Part shown: positions 61,341-64,000 of the stretch, piece after piece | How the letters are laid out: every line of letters starts with the position of its first letter | How positions within the stretch are numbered: position 1 is the stretch's first letter | From: Monocercomonoides exilis PA203 | Lineage: Eukaryota > Protista > Preaxostyla | Assembly: GCA_001643675.2 (NCBI GenBank) | Contig: LSRY02000020.1 | Location: 1,302,001 to 1,366,000, forward strand | Direction of reading: 5' to 3' | Length of the DNA stretch: 64,000 nt | The notes under the pieces: generated by a model | What the model saw: the letters and a program-made list of their open reading frames with translations, nothing else | Database searches by the model: none | What the model was told of the DNA's origin: nothing | Made by a program: the position numbers and the translations under genes

Positions 61341-62421
61341 TTCTTTTTCATCTTTTTCATCTTATTCATTATTTTTTCTCTTTTTTCTTTTTTCTTATCT
61401 TTATTTTTATTTTTATTTTTATTTTTATTTTTATTTTCTATTTTTATTTCTATTTTTAATTTTCTTTTTTTATCTTTTTTCTTTATCTCATTTTCTTTTC
61501 TTTTTTTCTTTCTTTCCTTTTTCTCTTTTTCTCTTTTTCTATTTCTCATTCATAGAACCTCTTCTCTTTTCTTTTCACACCTTCTCTTCTTTTCTCTTCA
61601 CTTATTCATTCCTCTCCTCTTTTTCAATTCTCCTTTTCACTTTTTCCTCTTTCCCTTCACTTTCTATCCTGCCTTCGTTATTAATTATTATTTTTCTTTA
61701 ACTATCATTCCCCACATTCCCTTCTATTACCCATCTCAAATCAATTTCTTAATTGGAAATATACAAGATGAATGAAAACAAAATGTTAAGAATACAAAAT
61801 GAGAGAGAAAAAGAAAATCAGGGAGAAAGAGAAAAGAAAGTGCAAATGGATAGATGAATAAAGTGATGAACAAATGATCAATTAATTGAATGAATGAATA
61901 AAAAAAGAAAATAAGAAATCATCCAACGAACATTTGAGATAAAACATAATGAGAAACACAATGATGTGAAGCGATTTCAAAAGTGAAAGTGAAAGAGAAA
62001 GAGAAAGAGAAAGAGAAAGAAAAAGAGAAAGAAAAAGAAAAAGAAAAAGAAAAAGAAAAAGAAAAAGAGAAAACAGTTCATGAGGGATTGAATAAATGTG
62101 AAATTGAATGGTTGAAAGAATTGTGAAATATTGATTGAATTGATAAAATGAATAATTGAGTGAGTGAGTGAGTGAGTGAGTGAATGAATGAATGAATGAA
62201 CTTTGAAAGTGAAAGAGTGAGAGAGGATGAGAATGTGGGAAAGAAGGAATGAGGGAAAGAAAGGAGAAAAAGTGAAGTGGTAATTAAAAGAAAGTGGGAG
62301 GGTGTGAATGTGAATGTGTGAAAGAAAGGAGAAGAAAGTTATAGTTGAAGAGAAAGAGAAAGAGAAAGAAATTGAAAAAGAGGGAGAAAGAAAAAGAAAG
62401 AAATAAAGAAATAAAGAAATA

Positions 62422-62469
<48 letters not shown>

Positions 62470-62532
62470 AAAGAAGGATAGATGGGGAAGATGGGGAAGA
62501 TTATAAAAGGGATGGTTGAGGAAGTGTGTGTG

Positions 62533-62650
62533 AGCTACGGCCATAGTTGGTCATACGCACCGGATCCCTTCAGACCTCCGAAGTTAAGCGGCCAACGCTG
62601 GGTTAGTACTTGGATGGGTGACCGCCTGGAAAAACCCAGTGCTGTAGCTT
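62533..62650 (+). rRNA. 5S rRNA copy 4
   Basis: Same sequence as copy 1. Confidence 0.95.
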
Positions 62651-63746
62651 TTCTTTTTCATCTTTTTCATCTTATTCATTATTTTTTCTCTTTTTCTTTT
62701 TTTCTTATCTTTATTTTTATTTTTATTTTTATTTTTATTTTTATTTTTATTTTTATTTCTATTTTTATTTCTATTTTTAATTTTTCTTTTTTTTATCTTT
62801 TTCTTTATCTCATTTTCTTTTTCTTTTTTTCTTTCTTTCCTTTTTCTCTTTTTTCTCTTTTTCTATTTCTCATTCATAGAACCTCTTCTCTTTTCTTTTC
62901 ACACCTTCTCTTCTTTTCTCTTCACTTATTCATTCCTCTCCTCTTTTTCAATTCTCCTTTTCACTTTTTCCTCTTTCCCTTCACTTTCTATCCTGCCTTC
63001 GTTATTAATTATTATTTTTCTTTAACTATCATTCCCCACATTCCCTTCTATTACCCATCTCAAATCAATTTCTTAATTGGAAATATACAAGATGAATGAA
63101 AACAAAATGTTAAGAATACAAAATGAGAGAGAAAAAGAAAATCAGGGAGAAAGAGAAAAGAAAGTGCAAATGGATAGATGAATAAAGTGATGAACAAATG
63201 ATCAATTAATTGAATGAATGAATAAAAAAGAAAATAAGAAATCATCCAACGAACATTTGAGATAAAACATAATGAGAAACACAATGATGTGAAGCGATTT
63301 CAAAAGTGAAAGTGAAAGAGAAAGAGAAAGAGAAAGAGAAAGAAAAAAGAGAAAGAAAAAAGAAAAAGAAAAAGAAAAAGAAAAAGAAAAAGAGAAAACA
63401 GTTCATGAGGGATTGAATAAATGTGAAATTGAATGGTTGAAAGAATTGTGAAATATTGATTGAATTGATAAAATGAATAATTGAGTGAGTGAGTGAGTGA
63501 GTGAGTGAATGAATGAATGAATGAACTTTGAAAGTGAAAGAGTGAGAGAGGATGAGAATGTGGGAAAGAAGGAATGAGGGAAAGAAAGGAGAAAAAGTGA
63601 AGTGGTAATTAAAAGAAAGTGGGAGGGTGTGAATGTGAATGTGTGAAAGAAAGGAGAAGAAAGTTATAGTTGAAGAGAAAGAGAAAGAGAAAGAAATTGA
63701 AAAAGAGGGAGAAAGAAAAAGAAAGAAATAAAGAAATAAAGAAATA

Positions 63747-63794
<48 letters not shown>

Positions 63795-63857
63795 AAAGAA
63801 GGATAGATGGGGAAGATGGGGAAGATTATAAAAGGGATGGTTGAGGAAGTGTGTGTG

Positions 63858-63975
63858 AGCTACGGCCATAGTTGGTCATACGCACCGGATCCCTTCAGAC
63901 CTCCGAAGTTAAGCGGCCAACGCTGGGTTAGTACTTGGATGGGTGACCGCCTGGAAAAACCCAGTGCTGTAGCTT
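63858..63975 (+). rRNA. 5S rRNA copy 5
   Basis: Same sequence as copy 1. Confidence 0.95.
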
Positions 63976-64000
63976 TTCTTTTTCATCTTTTTCATCTTAT

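Larger units (their letters stand above)
57880..64000 (+). repeat. Tandem 5S rDNA array, unit ~1310-1325 bp, continuing beyond the window end
   Basis: 5S starts at 58580, 59902, 61223, 62533, 63858 (periods 1322, 1321, 1310, 1325). Spacers differ mainly in microsatellite length. Confidence 0.95.

Noticed and set aside
58331-63869. Repeated ORFs MGKMGKIIKGMVEEV... and MAVAHTHFLNHPF...
   Set aside because: They overlap the 5S genes and F/I/L-encoding microsatellite spacers, and their lengths vary with slippage; spurious.
57880-64000. Possible CRISPR-like or satellite array
   Set aside because: The unit is ~1.3 kb with near-identical spacers and a 5S rRNA core; no short repeat/unique spacer pattern and no cas genes.

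Overview
AT-rich eukaryotic genomic DNA with short GT-AG introns, standard genetic code (TAA/TAG/TGA all used as stops) and long microsatellite-encoded poly-Ser/Glu/Lys tracts. The gene style suggests a metamonad protist, most likely an oxymonad such as Monocercomonoides (inference, no search run). It contains three members of a giant Cys-rich beta-helix-repeat single-pass surface protein family (<1-4178, 22436-31039, 44976-56885). The first two are a patchwork-identical duplicate pair. The third has a single in-frame TGA at a Cys position and ends in a degenerate kinase C-lobe. Other genes are a low-complexity RRM-like protein, a CFAP96/C4orf47-like gene, a split-VPS9-domain protein, a NEK-like kinase with a ~950-aa Ser-rich tail and a Niban/FAM129-like PH protein. 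Two TA-flanked inverted-repeat (MITE-like) elements lie at ~34.0-34.9 kb, one a near-perfect 411-bp palindrome. The window ends in a tandem 5S rRNA array (5 genes, ~1.32-kb unit). Exon models were reconstructed by eye and need RNA-seq confirmation.
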